Source: an uncultured Alphaproteobacteria bacterium
GTDB taxonomy: Bacteria > Pseudomonadota > Alphaproteobacteria > ATCC43930 > CGMCC-115725
NCBI GenBank assembly: GCA_963818695.1
Contig: CAWFTG010000001.1
Location: 347,027-411,026 of the forward strand
Direction of reading: 5' to 3'
Length of the DNA stretch: 64,000 nt
Shown here in pieces: positions 9,767 through 19,066 of the stretch; the stretch's first letter is position 1; the number at the start of each line of letters is the position of its first letter. The position numbers were made by a program, and so were the translations under genes. The notes under the pieces were generated by a model. It saw nothing but the letters and a program-made list of their open reading frames with translations, searched no databases and was not told the DNA's origin.

Positions 9767-11083
9767 TTACTTGGCCAGAACTACCGCCTCGCCGGCGACG
9801 ACGCGGCGCGGGATGTGCAGCCAGAACAGCGAGATCAGGGCCGACGCCACAGTACATAGCGCGAGGGCATAGAGCCCGCCGGCAAAACTGCCGGTCAAAT
9901 TCTTGGCCCAGCCGACGAGCGTCGGGCCGAAGAAGCCGCCGAGGTTGCCGAGAGAGTTGATCCACGCAATTCCTGCGGCGGCGGCGCCGCCGGTCAGGAA
10001 CATCGTCGGCATCGACCAGAAAGGGCCCTTGGTGCCGTAGAACCCGATCGAGGCGATCGTGACGCCGACCATCGCCCACCAGGTCCCGATTGTCAGCCCG
10101 GCGATGATCAGCCCGATCGTCGAGATTACGCATGTCGTGAACAGGCTCCACCGCCGGTCGCCGATGCGGTCGGACAGCCAGCCGCAAAACACCATGCTGA
10201 TTGCGCCGGCGATATAGGGGATCATCGTAATCCAGCCGACCTCCATATTGCTGACCCCGAGCTCCTTGATGATCTGCGGTAGGAACAGCAGCATGCCCAG
10301 ACTGCCGGTGACGATCCCGATGTAGTTCAGCGACAGCATGATCACCTTGGGATCATAGAAGGCGCGCAACAGGCCAGCGCCGTGATGCGCCTCGATTTGA
10401 CGGCGTTCGTGCACCATCCTGCCGGTCAGCCACTCCCTTTCCTCGTGGTGCAGCCAGTGCGCCTCGCTCGGTCGGTCGGTCAGGTAGAAGAACACGGCAA
10501 TCCCGATCAGCACGGTCGGAATCGCCTCCAGAATGTACATGACCTGCCATCCGTGAAGGCCCCACAGCCCATTCAAGCCCAACAGCGCGGTCGAGACTGG
10601 TGCGCCGCTTGCCACCGCGATCGGCAGTGCCAGGGTAAAACCGGAATTGATCCGGGCGCGGTGCTGGTCGGGGAACCAGTAAGTGAAATACAGCACAAAA
10701 CCGGGAAACAGCCCTGCTTCGGCAAGACCCAGAAGGAAGCGGATCGCCATGAAGCTGTAAGGCCCGGTTGCAAAAGCGGTACAGCCCGATACGATCCCCC
10801 AGGTAATCATGATGCGGGCGATCCAAATGCGCGCGCCGACTTTTTCGAGAATAATATTGCTCGGCACCTCGAACAGCACATAGCCCCAAAAGAACGCGCC
10901 GGCCGCCATCCCGTACCACGCGGCATCGAGCCCGAGATCCTTGTTCATCGTCAGCGACGCGAAGCCGACATTGATGCGGTCGAGGTAGCAGAAAAAGTAG
11001 GTCAGGACCGCAAAGGGCAGGATGCGCAAATAGACCTTACGCATTGTGGACTGTTCGATCGTTCGAAGCATATCCTCCACCAA
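9767..11083 (-). CDS. MFS transporter, anion:cation symporter (tartrate/phthalate permease-like) family
   Basis: 438 aa with 12 hydrophobic segments. N-terminal motif is YLDRINVGFASLTMNKDLGL. Confidence 0.85.
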   Translation of the reverse strand: MVEDMLRTIEQSTMRKVYLRILPFAVLTYFFCYLDRINVGFASLTMNKDLGLDAAWYGMAAGAFFWGYVLFEVPSNIILEKVGARIWIARIMITWGIVSGCTAFATGPYSFMAIRFLLGLAEAGLFPGFVLYFTYWFPDQHRARINSGFTLALPIAVASGAPVSTALLGLNGLWGLHGWQVMYILEAIPTVLIGIAVFFYLTDRPSEAHWLHHEEREWLTGRMVHERRQIEAHHGAGLLRAFYDPKVIMLSLNYIGIVTGSLGMLLFLPQIIKELGVSNMEVGWITMIPYIAGAISMVFCGWLSDRIGDRRWSLFTTCVISTIGLIIAGLTIGTWWAMVGVTIASIGFYGTKGPFWSMPTMFLTGGAAAAGIAWINSLGNLGGFFGPTLVGWAKNLTGSFAGGLYALALCTVASALISLFWLHIPRRVVAGEAVVLAK

Positions 11084-11265
11084 ACTATCTTAAGAGTTGC
11101 GCGGCTCTAAAAGAGCATAACGCCAAGTAGCCTAATTTAGGGGCGATCGCAACGGCCCGGTTTGCCCGGAGCCGATATTCCGTCGCATGGCTGGATCGGC
11201 GCGGGATCGACTTACCCGCTGGGCGTTAGCACGAAGACGCTTTCCTCGCAACAAGGGAGCCCGCG

Positions 11266-11664
11266 ATGGCAGTCATTCCCGACAAATACCTGGACTTGCT
11301 GCAGCACAAGAAAGCTTTTGCCAATTTGGCCACGATTATGGCGGATGGATCGCCTCAGGTGACCCCGGTATGGTTCGATTACACCGACGGCGTGATCCGC
11401 GTGAACACGGCCAAGGGGCGGGTCAAGTCTCGCACCTTGCGGCCGGCAGCGCCGGTCGCCCTGGCGATTATGGATCCCGACAACGCCTACCGCTACATCC
11501 AGATACGCGGCCGCGTCAGACGGGCCGTGGAGCAAGGCGCGGACGCGCATATCGATTCACTGGCGAAGAAATATCTCGGCAAAGAGACTTACCCTTACCG
11601 CCAGCCCGGCGAGGTTCGGGTCATGTACGAGATCGAACTGGTCTCGGTGTCCGGAATGGACTGA
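11266..11664 (+). CDS. PPOX-class (pyridoxamine 5'-phosphate oxidase-like) flavin/deazaflavin-binding protein
   Basis: 132 aa, with LATIMADGSPQVTPVWFDYTDGVIRVNTAKGRVK typical of the split-barrel PPOX family. Confidence 0.7.
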   Translation: MAVIPDKYLDLLQHKKAFANLATIMADGSPQVTPVWFDYTDGVIRVNTAKGRVKSRTLRPAAPVALAIMDPDNAYRYIQIRGRVRRAVEQGADAHIDSLAKKYLGKETYPYRQPGEVRVMYEIELVSVSGMD

Positions 11665-11776
11665 GCGGATAGCAGGCCGAGGCGACCACTGCACGACTTG
11701 CCATTTGCGGCGATTGCGGCATCCTCTTCGCTGGCCTTTCCGCCCTGGCGAGGCGACCGACGAAGGAGGGAACGCG

Positions 11777-12637
11777 ATGAACTGGACCGATCGGCGGCGA
11801 CGTTTCCGGGCCATTCTCAAAGGCGATCGCTGCTACCATCCGGCCTCGGTGTTCGACCCGTTGTCGGCGCGGATCGCCCAGGATGTGGGTTTCGAGGTTG
11901 GCATGTTCGCGGGCTCGACCGCCTCGCTGACGGTGCTCGGCGTGCCCGACCTGATCCTCATCACCCTGAGCGAATTCGCCGGGCAGGCCTATCGCATCAA
12001 CCGCGCGTTCGACCTGCCGCTGCTGGTCGACGCCGATCACGGCTACGGCAATGCGCTCAATGTCATGCGCACGGTGCAGGAGCTCGAAACCGCTGGAGTG
12101 TCGGCGCTGACCATCGAGGACACCGTGCTGCCGCGGCCCTACGGCCCGGCCGGCCGTGGATTGACCTCGATCGAGGAAGGCGTCGGCAGAATGCGCGCCG
12201 CGCTCGCCGCTCGGCAGGATCCGGATCTGGTCATCGTCGGGAGAACCATCGCGATGGGGTCGACCGGCACCGAAGACGCTCTCGCCCGCGCCAAGGCCTA
12301 CGCGGCGGCCGGCGTCGACGCGTTCTTCTTTGTCGGCATCAAGGACCGTGCACAGCTCGACGCCGCCGCCGAGGCTATAGATATCCCAATCATCATTGGG
12401 GGCGGCGCGCCAGAGTTGTCCGATCTCGATTATCTGGCGAGCCGGCGGGCGCGCGTCGCATTACAAGGCCATCAGCCGATCATGGCGGCGGCGCAGGCGG
12501 TCCACGATACGTTGAAGGCGCTGCGCGACGGCGTTAAACCCAAGGATCTCAGGGGCGTGCCGTCTCCCGAGTTCATGGCGAAAGCGACCCGGGACGCCGA
12601 CTACAAGGGATGGACCAAGAACTTTCTCGGCGGATAG
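11777..12637 (+). CDS. isocitrate lyase/PEP mutase superfamily enzyme (oxaloacetate decarboxylase / methylisocitrate lyase-like)
   Basis: ATG 11777 is preceded by AGGAGGG. Motifs are SVFDPLSARIA, LLVDADHGYGNALNVMRTVQELETAGVSALTIEDT. Confidence 0.8.
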   Translation: MNWTDRRRRFRAILKGDRCYHPASVFDPLSARIAQDVGFEVGMFAGSTASLTVLGVPDLILITLSEFAGQAYRINRAFDLPLLVDADHGYGNALNVMRTVQELETAGVSALTIEDTVLPRPYGPAGRGLTSIEEGVGRMRAALAARQDPDLVIVGRTIAMGSTGTEDALARAKAYAAAGVDAFFFVGIKDRAQLDAAAEAIDIPIIIGGGAPELSDLDYLASRRARVALQGHQPIMAAAQAVHDTLKALRDGVKPKDLRGVPSPEFMAKATRDADYKGWTKNFLGG

Positions 12638-12764
12638 GCCTCTCTCTTCGCCGGAAACTGTCGGGCCCAATCGGGTGCTCCGTATCTTCGCGCGACCAAC
12701 AAATTGTTAAACGGTCACGACCGAATGGCGGCGGACGCTGATCCTCCAAATTCGTCTTAAATAT

Positions 12765-12965
12765 TCATACCCCTCGGCGGCACTTTAAAATGGCCGTCCG
12801 GGCGGCATTGATGTTGGCCATCAGCTCGTGGGATCGCTGATTCCCGTGATCGGGGTGATAGCGCTTGGCCAGCGCAAAATAGGCGGCGGTGAACTCGTTG
12901 GCCGAGATCGACCGGACGTCGACCCCGAGCCGTTGGAACAGCGCCACAGCATCATCCGGAAGCAA
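12765..12965 (-). CDS. small J-domain (DnaJ-like) protein, possibly the frame-shifted C-terminus of a longer ORF
   Basis: FTAAYFALAKRYHPDHGNQRSHELMANINAARTAI contains the HPD J-domain signature. The ORF begins with TTG, two codons after an in-frame TGA. ORF 12821-13450 overlaps it in another frame. Confidence 0.55.
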   Translation of the reverse strand: MLPDDAVALFQRLGVDVRSISANEFTAAYFALAKRYHPDHGNQRSHELMANINAARTAILKCRRGV

Positions 12966-13448
12966 TTGTCACCGTGCCCGCAGTCGGAAGGTGCTTTCCA
13001 CAGAAATTCTGGCAGAACGTTAAGATTAACCAAATTAAGCGCGCTCACATCACACGCGCTAACAGCCTCCTTGGGACTATAACGAAATACAAATTCAGGC
13101 AAGTACCATTTTTCAATTTCGAAGCGATTATGATCCGACCGATCGCACCAGATCGCGTTCGCAAGGTGACCGCGGGACCGCAGCGACCGGTCGCAATTCA
13201 TAAGGCGTCTTGCAGCCTGGGTCGGCCGCATGCTCGCCTGCCGCGGAACCGTCTCCGGTGAAGTCGCCAAGCCGCTTTCGGGGTGGCTCAAAGCGCCGGC
13301 GGCGTGAGCCGTGAAAATTGGATGAAACCGCGATACACTAACGGTGCGCGACGTCTCCGCCGGCAGAAAGAACCGCGGTTGAGACTGCATCTCTTCGGCA
13401 GAGCTGCCGCAACACACCCTGATCGGCGTGGGGATAATAGTCGAAACC

Positions 13449-15311
13449 ATGCACGTTTTTCGGTTTTTCGAAAGCCTTCTGGAGCCTACGGCCGTCCCGA
13501 CCGGGACAACGCCGCCGAGCGGGCTCGGGGCGTTTTATTGGCATTACGCCCGGCAGGCGCGGCACCTCGTCGCCGCCCTCTTCGTCGCCGGCTTTATCGT
13601 GGCGATTCTTGACACGACGATTCCGGTCTTCATCGGCCGAGTCGTGACCTTGGTCTCGGCCCACGCCCCGGGCTCGCTGCTGCACGATAATTGGCCGCAG
13701 CTCGTCGCGATGGCACTAGTCCTTTTGGTCGCGCGGCCGGCGGCGCTGCTGCTGCAGAATTTGATCACCAACCAGGGGATCATCCCCAGCTTCTCCAATC
13801 TCATTCGCTGGCAGAGCCATTGGCACGTTGTGCGGCAGAGCTGGTCGTTCTTTCAGAACGACTTCGCCGGCCGAATTGCGCAACGCGTCATGCAGACAGG
13901 CCCGTCTTTGCGCGAGAGCGTCGTCTCGGCCACTAACGCCGTCTGGTACATCCTGGTCTATGGCAGCGGCGCGATCATCCTGATGGCGTCGAACGACGTG
14001 CGGTTGACGATCCCGGTCGTGCTTTGGTTCGCCGGCTATGCGGGCCTGCTGCGCTATTTCGTCCCGCGCCTAAGGGTCCGCTCGCGGCGCATGTCGGAGA
14101 CGCGCTCGGCGCTCTCGGGCCGCGTCGTCGACAGCTATACGAATATCCAGACCGTCAAGCTCTTCGCGCGGCCGCGCGAAGAGGACGAATTCGTGCGCGC
14201 GGCGATGGACGATCTGACCGATGCTTTCCGCGCCCAGCTGCGGTTGACGACTACACTCGGGCTGAGCCTTGCCAGCTTGAACGCGATGCTGGTCGTCGGC
14301 ACCGGGGTCATTGCGATATGGCTGTGGAACGACGGCCGTATTCCAGTTGGCACCGTCGCGATGGCCTTGCCGCTGACCTGGCACATCTCAGCCATCGCCG
14401 GCTGGGTGGCGCAGAACGTGACGACGATATTCGAGAATATCGGCGTCGTGCAGGAAGGCATGCGCTCGATCGCGGTGCCGCGCCAATCGCCGGACCGACC
14501 CGACGCGGTCGAGCTGCAGGTGACGCGAGGGGCGGTTCGGTTCGAGGATGTGCGGTTCGGCTACGGCACCACCAGAGGCGTACTGCACGGCATCGACCTC
14601 GCCGTCGCGCCCGGCGAACGGGTCGGTCTGGTCGGGCCATCGGGCGCCGGCAAATCGACGCTCGTCAACCTGTTGTTGCGGTTTTACGATCTCGAAACCG
14701 GCCGGATCCTGATCGACGGGCAAGACATTGCAATGGTGACGCAGGAAAGCCTGCGCGCCCAGATCGCTATGGTGACTCAAGACACTTCCCTGTTGCACCG
14801 CTCGATCCGCGACAACATTTGCTACGGCCGGCCACAGGCAAGCGAGTGGGAGGTGCGGCGCGCTGCTGCCCAGGCTCATGCTCTCGAATTCATCGAGGGG
14901 CTAGAAGACTGGTACGACCGCAGAAGCCTCGACGCGCATGTCGGCGAGCGCGGCGTCAAATTGTCGGGCGGCCAGCGCCAGCGCATCGCGCTCGCGCGGG
15001 TCATCTTGAAGGACGCGCCGATCCTGGTGCTCGACGAAGCCACCTCGGCGCTCGATTCGGAGATCGAGGCGGCGATCCAGGAGCAGCTCGACGGGCTGAT
15101 GAAGGGCCGCACGGTCATCGCGATCGCGCACCGGCTATCGACGATCGCGCGCCTCGACCGCCTCGTCGTGCTCGACGAAGGCAATATCGTCGAGAAGGGG
15201 ACCCACACCGAATTGCTCGCCGCCGGCGGCACTTATGCACGCCTATGGCGGCGTCAGTCGGGCGGGTTCCTCGACCCGGTCAATACATCCGGTCTCGCCG
15301 CCGCCGAATAG
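13449..15311 (+). CDS. ABC transporter, fused permease/ATP-binding protein (MsbA-like exporter)
   Basis: Six-TM N-terminal half, Walker [10 protein letters not shown], signature LSGGQRQR, Walker B ILVLDEATSALD. The start is taken at MHVFRFFESLL. Confidence 0.9.
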   Translation: MHVFRFFESLLEPTAVPTGTTPPSGLGAFYWHYARQARHLVAALFVAGFIVAILDTTIPVFIGRVVTLVSAHAPGSLLHDNWPQLVAMALVLLVARPAALLLQNLITNQGIIPSFSNLIRWQSHWHVVRQSWSFFQNDFAGRIAQRVMQTGPSLRESVVSATNAVWYILVYGSGAIILMASNDVRLTIPVVLWFAGYAGLLRYFVPRLRVRSRRMSETRSALSGRVVDSYTNIQTVKLFARPREEDEFVRAAMDDLTDAFRAQLRLTTTLGLSLASLNAMLVVGTGVIAIWLWNDGRIPVGTVAMALPLTWHISAIAGWVAQNVTTIFENIGVVQEGMRSIAVPRQSPDRPDAVELQVTRGAVRFEDVRFGYGTTRGVLHGIDLAVAPGERVGLVGPSGAGKSTLVNLLLRFYDLETGRILIDGQDIAMVTQESLRAQIAMVTQDTSLLHRSIRDNICYGRPQASEWEVRRAAAQAHALEFIEGLEDWYDRRSLDAHVGERGVKLSGGQRQRIALARVILKDAPILVLDEATSALDSEIEAAIQEQLDGLMKGRTVIAIAHRLSTIARLDRLVVLDEGNIVEKGTHTELLAAGGTYARLWRRQSGGFLDPVNTSGLAAAE

Positions 15312-15339
15312 CACCATATTTTACGCGCGGAGGTGAGAA

Positions 15340-15561
15340 ATGGCCGAGCCGGCGATCGGAAATATAACGCTCGAGGAGATCATGCTCATCGATATCGATA
15401 GCCATTATGCCGAGCTTTACAGACCGGAGAACGACCACTGGGGCATTCAGCTCGTTCGCGGCGCCGAGGCGACTATATTCTTAACTTCGGTCGACCTTCG
15501 GATCTCGATGTCCAAGCTATACGAGGGGATTGCCATCCCTGCGGCAACTTTCGGTTGCTGA
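15340..15561 (+). CDS. hypothetical protein (73 aa)
   Basis: ATG is preceded by a strong GGAGGTGA site. GC is lower than in the neighbours. No recognisable motif. Confidence 0.45.
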   Translation: MAEPAIGNITLEEIMLIDIDSHYAELYRPENDHWGIQLVRGAEATIFLTSVDLRISMSKLYEGIAIPAATFGC

Positions 15562-15584
15562 TACCGGTCGTCGGCTTTCAAACA

Positions 15585-16163
15585 ATGCTCGACCGGCTTT
15601 ATTCCCGGGCGCTCGCCCTGGCCGCCAGCCGCCACGCGATGTGGGTGATGGCGGCCGTCTCATTCGCCGAGAGCTCGTTCTTTCCGCTGCCGCCCGACAT
15701 CCTGCTGATCCCGATGATCCTCGCGCGACCGCGTCGGGCCTGGTTGATCGCGGGGGTCTGCACGCTCGCCTCTGTGGTCGGCGGCTTTGGCGGCTATGCG
15801 ATCGGCTATTTCCTGTTCGACGCGGTCGGACGGCCGGTGCTCGAATTCTACCATGCGATGGACAAGTACGAGGCGCTTAAGGCCGCCTTTGCGCATTGGG
15901 GCGCCTGGATCATCATAGTGAAGGGGCTGACGCCGATCCCCTTCAAGCTCGTAACGATAGCGAGCGGTGTTGCGCAGTTCGATTTGCTGGCCTTCGCTCT
16001 GGCCTCGCTCGTCTCGCGCAGCATCAGGTTCTTCCTGCTGGCGGGTCTTCTCTGGTGGTTTGGCGACCCGGTCCGCGAGTTCATCGAGCGCCGCCTGATG
16101 ATGGTCACCAGCGCCTTCGCGCTGGCCCTCGTTGGCGGGTTCCTCGTGCTGCGCTATCTATGA
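15585..16163 (+). CDS. YqaA/DedA-related (SNARE-associated) membrane protein
   Basis: MWVMAAVSFAESSFFPLPPDILLIPM is the characteristic YqaA-family N-terminal motif. There are 4-5 TM segments. Confidence 0.75.
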   Translation: MLDRLYSRALALAASRHAMWVMAAVSFAESSFFPLPPDILLIPMILARPRRAWLIAGVCTLASVVGGFGGYAIGYFLFDAVGRPVLEFYHAMDKYEALKAAFAHWGAWIIIVKGLTPIPFKLVTIASGVAQFDLLAFALASLVSRSIRFFLLAGLLWWFGDPVREFIERRLMMVTSAFALALVGGFLVLRYL

Positions 16164-16167
16164 AGGC

Positions 16168-16686
16168 ATGATCGAGCCCACCCGCGCGTTTACCGCATTT
16201 GTCCTGGGGGCGAGCGCCGTTGTGCTCGGCGGAGCATTGGTGTCCGAGTATTGGGGCGGGCTTGCCCCTTGCGAGCTGTGCATGTTGCAGCGCTGGCCGT
16301 GGGGGCTAGCGATCGTGATCTCGTTCGTCGCGACGATGGTCGGCGGACGCCCCGCTTTGCCCTGGGTGGCGTTGCTCCTCGCCGCGGTCTTTGTCGTGAG
16401 CAGCGGCCTGGCCTTCTATCATGTCGGGGTCGAGCAGCATTGGTTCGCCGGCCCGACGGCTTGCAGCGGGGCCGCCACCGCGGCCGATACGCTCGAGGCC
16501 TTGAAGGCGCAAATCCTGCATCGGCAGCCAGTGCGCTGTGACGAGCCGGCATGGTCGCTTGCGGGCATCTCGCTCGCCGGTTGGAACCTGCTTGCGTCCC
16601 TGATCATGACGGGCTGCTGTCTCGCGGTGTGTCTGCAATCGCGCAGACCGCCGGAGCGCGCGGGGTTGCGCCGAGGAACGGCATGA
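16168..16686 (+). CDS. dsbB: disulfide bond formation protein B family
   Basis: The CELCMLQRWPW CxxC motif sits at the end of TM1, and a second Cys pair (ACSG ... VRCDE) lies in the second periplasmic loop. There are 4 TM segments. Confidence 0.75.
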   Translation: MIEPTRAFTAFVLGASAVVLGGALVSEYWGGLAPCELCMLQRWPWGLAIVISFVATMVGGRPALPWVALLLAAVFVVSSGLAFYHVGVEQHWFAGPTACSGAATAADTLEALKAQILHRQPVRCDEPAWSLAGISLAGWNLLASLIMTGCCLAVCLQSRRPPERAGLRRGTA

Positions 16687-17234
16687 GCGCCGCCGCGCGA
16701 CATCGATTGCCGGGCGACCGTCTTTCCGAAGAGGAGCTCGCGCGCATGCTGCGCGTCGACCACGCCGGCGAGTATGGCGCGACCCGGATCTATGAAGGGC
16801 AGCTAGATGTACTCGGACGTGGCCGCGCCGCGGGGGTGATCCGGCAGATGGCCGAGGCGGAGAAGCGCCACCTCGCCCGGTTCGAGACATTGTTGCAGGA
16901 AAGGCGGGTGCGGCCGACATTGCTCCACCCACTGTGGCATGTCGCCGGATATGCGCTCGGCGCCGCCACCGCGCTGCTGGGCGAACATGCCGCGATGGCA
17001 TGCACGGTCGCCGTCGAGGAAGTAATCGACGAGCATTACCAAGCGCAGGCCGAAACACTCGGTGAGCAGGATCCGGCCCTTCGGGAGACGATCCTGTCGT
17101 TTCGCGACGACGAGATCTCACATCGCGACCTCGCGATCGCAAGAGGGGCGGAGGAGAGCCCGGCCTATGACCTGATCAGCGCAGTGGTCAAGACCGGCTC
17201 GCGCGTGGCTATCTGGCTGTCCACCCGCCTCTGA
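16683..17234 (+). CDS. coq7: demethoxyubiquinone hydroxylase (di-iron carboxylate)
   Basis: RVDHAGEYGATRIYEGQ with repeated E-x-x-H motifs (AEAEKRHL, VEEVIDEHY, DDEISHRD). The start overlaps the dsbB stop (ATGA). Confidence 0.85.
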   Translation: MSAAARHRLPGDRLSEEELARMLRVDHAGEYGATRIYEGQLDVLGRGRAAGVIRQMAEAEKRHLARFETLLQERRVRPTLLHPLWHVAGYALGAATALLGEHAAMACTVAVEEVIDEHYQAQAETLGEQDPALRETILSFRDDEISHRDLAIARGAEESPAYDLISAVVKTGSRVAIWLSTRL

Positions 17235-17266
17235 ATGCCGCCGTCACTGAGAAGCTCCTCTCCCGG

Positions 17267-17352
17267 ATCGCGGGAAAGGCGGGACCAAGCCCTCACGGGT
17301 CCGTGCGGAGCGCGGCCCGAGGGGACTGTTGGGTGAGGGTAGCGCCGCCCTG
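17267..17352. repeat. GC-rich palindromic REP-like element downstream of coq7
   Basis: ccctcacgggtccgtgcgg ... gggtgagggtagcgccgccc. It has the same CCCTCA/TGAGGG-type arms as the elements at 25010, 27700, 41029 and 46100. Confidence 0.4.
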
Positions 17353-17389
17353 CAGGTTGTGGTCATTTTCTCGATCGTGCCGCTCAGGA

Positions 17390-17869
17390 TCAGCGCTGGC
17401 CGAGATTGGTCAGCGTCGGAAGATACTGCTGGGCCACCTCCGGCGACGAAGTCAGGACGGTAAAGCTGCTGCCGCCTCCGGTGTGGTTCGCTTCCCAGTT
17501 GGGTTCCCATTGGACCTGTATGTAAGACTGCATCCCCGGCGCGAGCTGGACGGTGTCGTGCTCGCGGGTGGGCGTCCCAAAGGGCTGCACCGTAAATCTG
17601 TACTTTCCGGGCGGGAAATTGTGAAAAAAGGTAGTTCCCTGGTCGATCTGGCCAACGGGCGCGCCATTCGCATAAACTATCGGGCTCCCCAATTCGACGT
17701 TTCCCGAGATCGGGTCCGCCTGGCGGAAAAACCATACCCTCGCCATCCCGGGTTCAACCGGCGGAAGCTGCGCCTGCGAGGTCGCCACTTTCTCCTGCGG
17801 CGCGCAGCCGGCGAACGCAAGAAGGCCGAGCGCGCCGAGGCTTACCCATCTGAGATGTCGTGTCTTCAT
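17390..17869 (-). CDS. lipoprotein (DUF2846-like)
   Basis: Signal peptide with lipobox LLAFAG-C. The mature part is ARVWFFRQ...GSPIVYANGAPVGQIDQGTTFFHNFPPGKYRF. Confidence 0.65.
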   Translation of the reverse strand: MKTRHLRWVSLGALGLLAFAGCAPQEKVATSQAQLPPVEPGMARVWFFRQADPISGNVELGSPIVYANGAPVGQIDQGTTFFHNFPPGKYRFTVQPFGTPTREHDTVQLAPGMQSYIQVQWEPNWEANHTGGGSSFTVLTSSPEVAQQYLPTLTNLGQR

Positions 17870-18172
17870 TTGTCATCTCCCCGTCGAATTGTGCGGCGGC
17901 AGCTCTGCGCATAGGCCACACGGAGGCGATTATGCGGGAGCTGGCCCCGAGGTCCATTCACTTTCGGCAGAACATGCCGATGCAAACCGTTCCGAGTAGC
18001 GTCGAAGTCGTTGGATGTGTGAACCGCCCCCGCCGCGGGCAAGTTGCTGGCGTTTCACTTACGAAAGCGATATACGTTTCGCCACAAGCTGAAGCAAACG
18101 AGGGTCGTCGCGCGCGCCCGGCCGGTATCGCTGGGCGCGCGGCACTTTTTTGAAAAATCCGGAGGCGCGGCC

Positions 18173-19024
18173 ATGCCAATTGGCCGATATCTCAGAACAG
18201 TATTGATCGTATTGCCCTTCGCGTCTGCGCTCGGCGTCTTTGTCGACTGGCAACATGACAACGCCTTACTGCGCCAGCAGGCTGTCGAGATTACGACGAA
18301 ATTAAGCACCAACTCCAGCCGCGTAAGGGCAATAAACGATTGGGTCTATCAAAACAAAGGTTTTGCCAAGAATAATCACTATTTTATAGTTCCGGCTCTC
18401 GGACCGACCCCCGTTCAGGTCCTCGAGTTCGGTGGGGATTGCTCGGACAAATCCAGGCTTTTGGCAGCAATGCTTAACGAGCTGAATGTCGACGCTGGAT
18501 TAGTCATGCTTTCGCCTTGTCCAAATTGTGGGTTTATTCACACGGTTGTGGAGGCGCAATACGAACGCGGCCGGATGGTGGTCGACCCCATTTGGCATGT
18601 CGATTACCCGACGGCGGACGGCAGATTTCTCGGAGTCCGTGATCTTGCGGGCACGAGCCATGGCCGAGATCGTGTCGCGGAGCTGCAACGCGAACGCGGA
18701 GCTTCCGATAAGATTACCGGCATGCCTGCTACCGAAGCCACGTTTGACTATGCGGTGGCCATGAATTGGGACAAGAATATGGCGACCCGTACAGTAGCCG
18801 TTGCGCTGCATCTCCTCGGTTACACACCCGAACAGATGTTTCGACCGAGATTTATCGAAGATCCCAAGCTTGCATTGTCTCTGTTTTTGGTCGGAATCGG
18901 GATAGCGGTAATCGGCGCCAATTTTATGATATATCTCGTTGTACGGAAGATGGCGAGCCGTCGGATTAGAGGTCCGGGCGAAACGGCGCCCCCTGCACGT
19001 CTGCAGGAGGCCAAGCTCAACTAG
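18173..19024 (+). CDS. membrane-anchored transglutaminase-like (cysteine protease fold) protein
   Basis: ATG 18173 is preceded by GGAGG. There is an N-terminal TM segment, the candidate catalytic Cys context FGGDCSDKSRLLAAMLNELNV followed by His/Asp (HTVVEA ... VVDPIWH), and a C-terminal TM segment. The gene is low in GC. Confidence 0.55.
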   Translation: MPIGRYLRTVLIVLPFASALGVFVDWQHDNALLRQQAVEITTKLSTNSSRVRAINDWVYQNKGFAKNNHYFIVPALGPTPVQVLEFGGDCSDKSRLLAAMLNELNVDAGLVMLSPCPNCGFIHTVVEAQYERGRMVVDPIWHVDYPTADGRFLGVRDLAGTSHGRDRVAELQRERGASDKITGMPATEATFDYAVAMNWDKNMATRTVAVALHLLGYTPEQMFRPRFIEDPKLALSLFLVGIGIAVIGANFMIYLVVRKMASRRIRGPGETAPPARLQEAKLN

Positions 19025-19066
19025 ACACTCATTTGGAGCAGCCGCAGCCCACTCTTCCGCCCTGCG

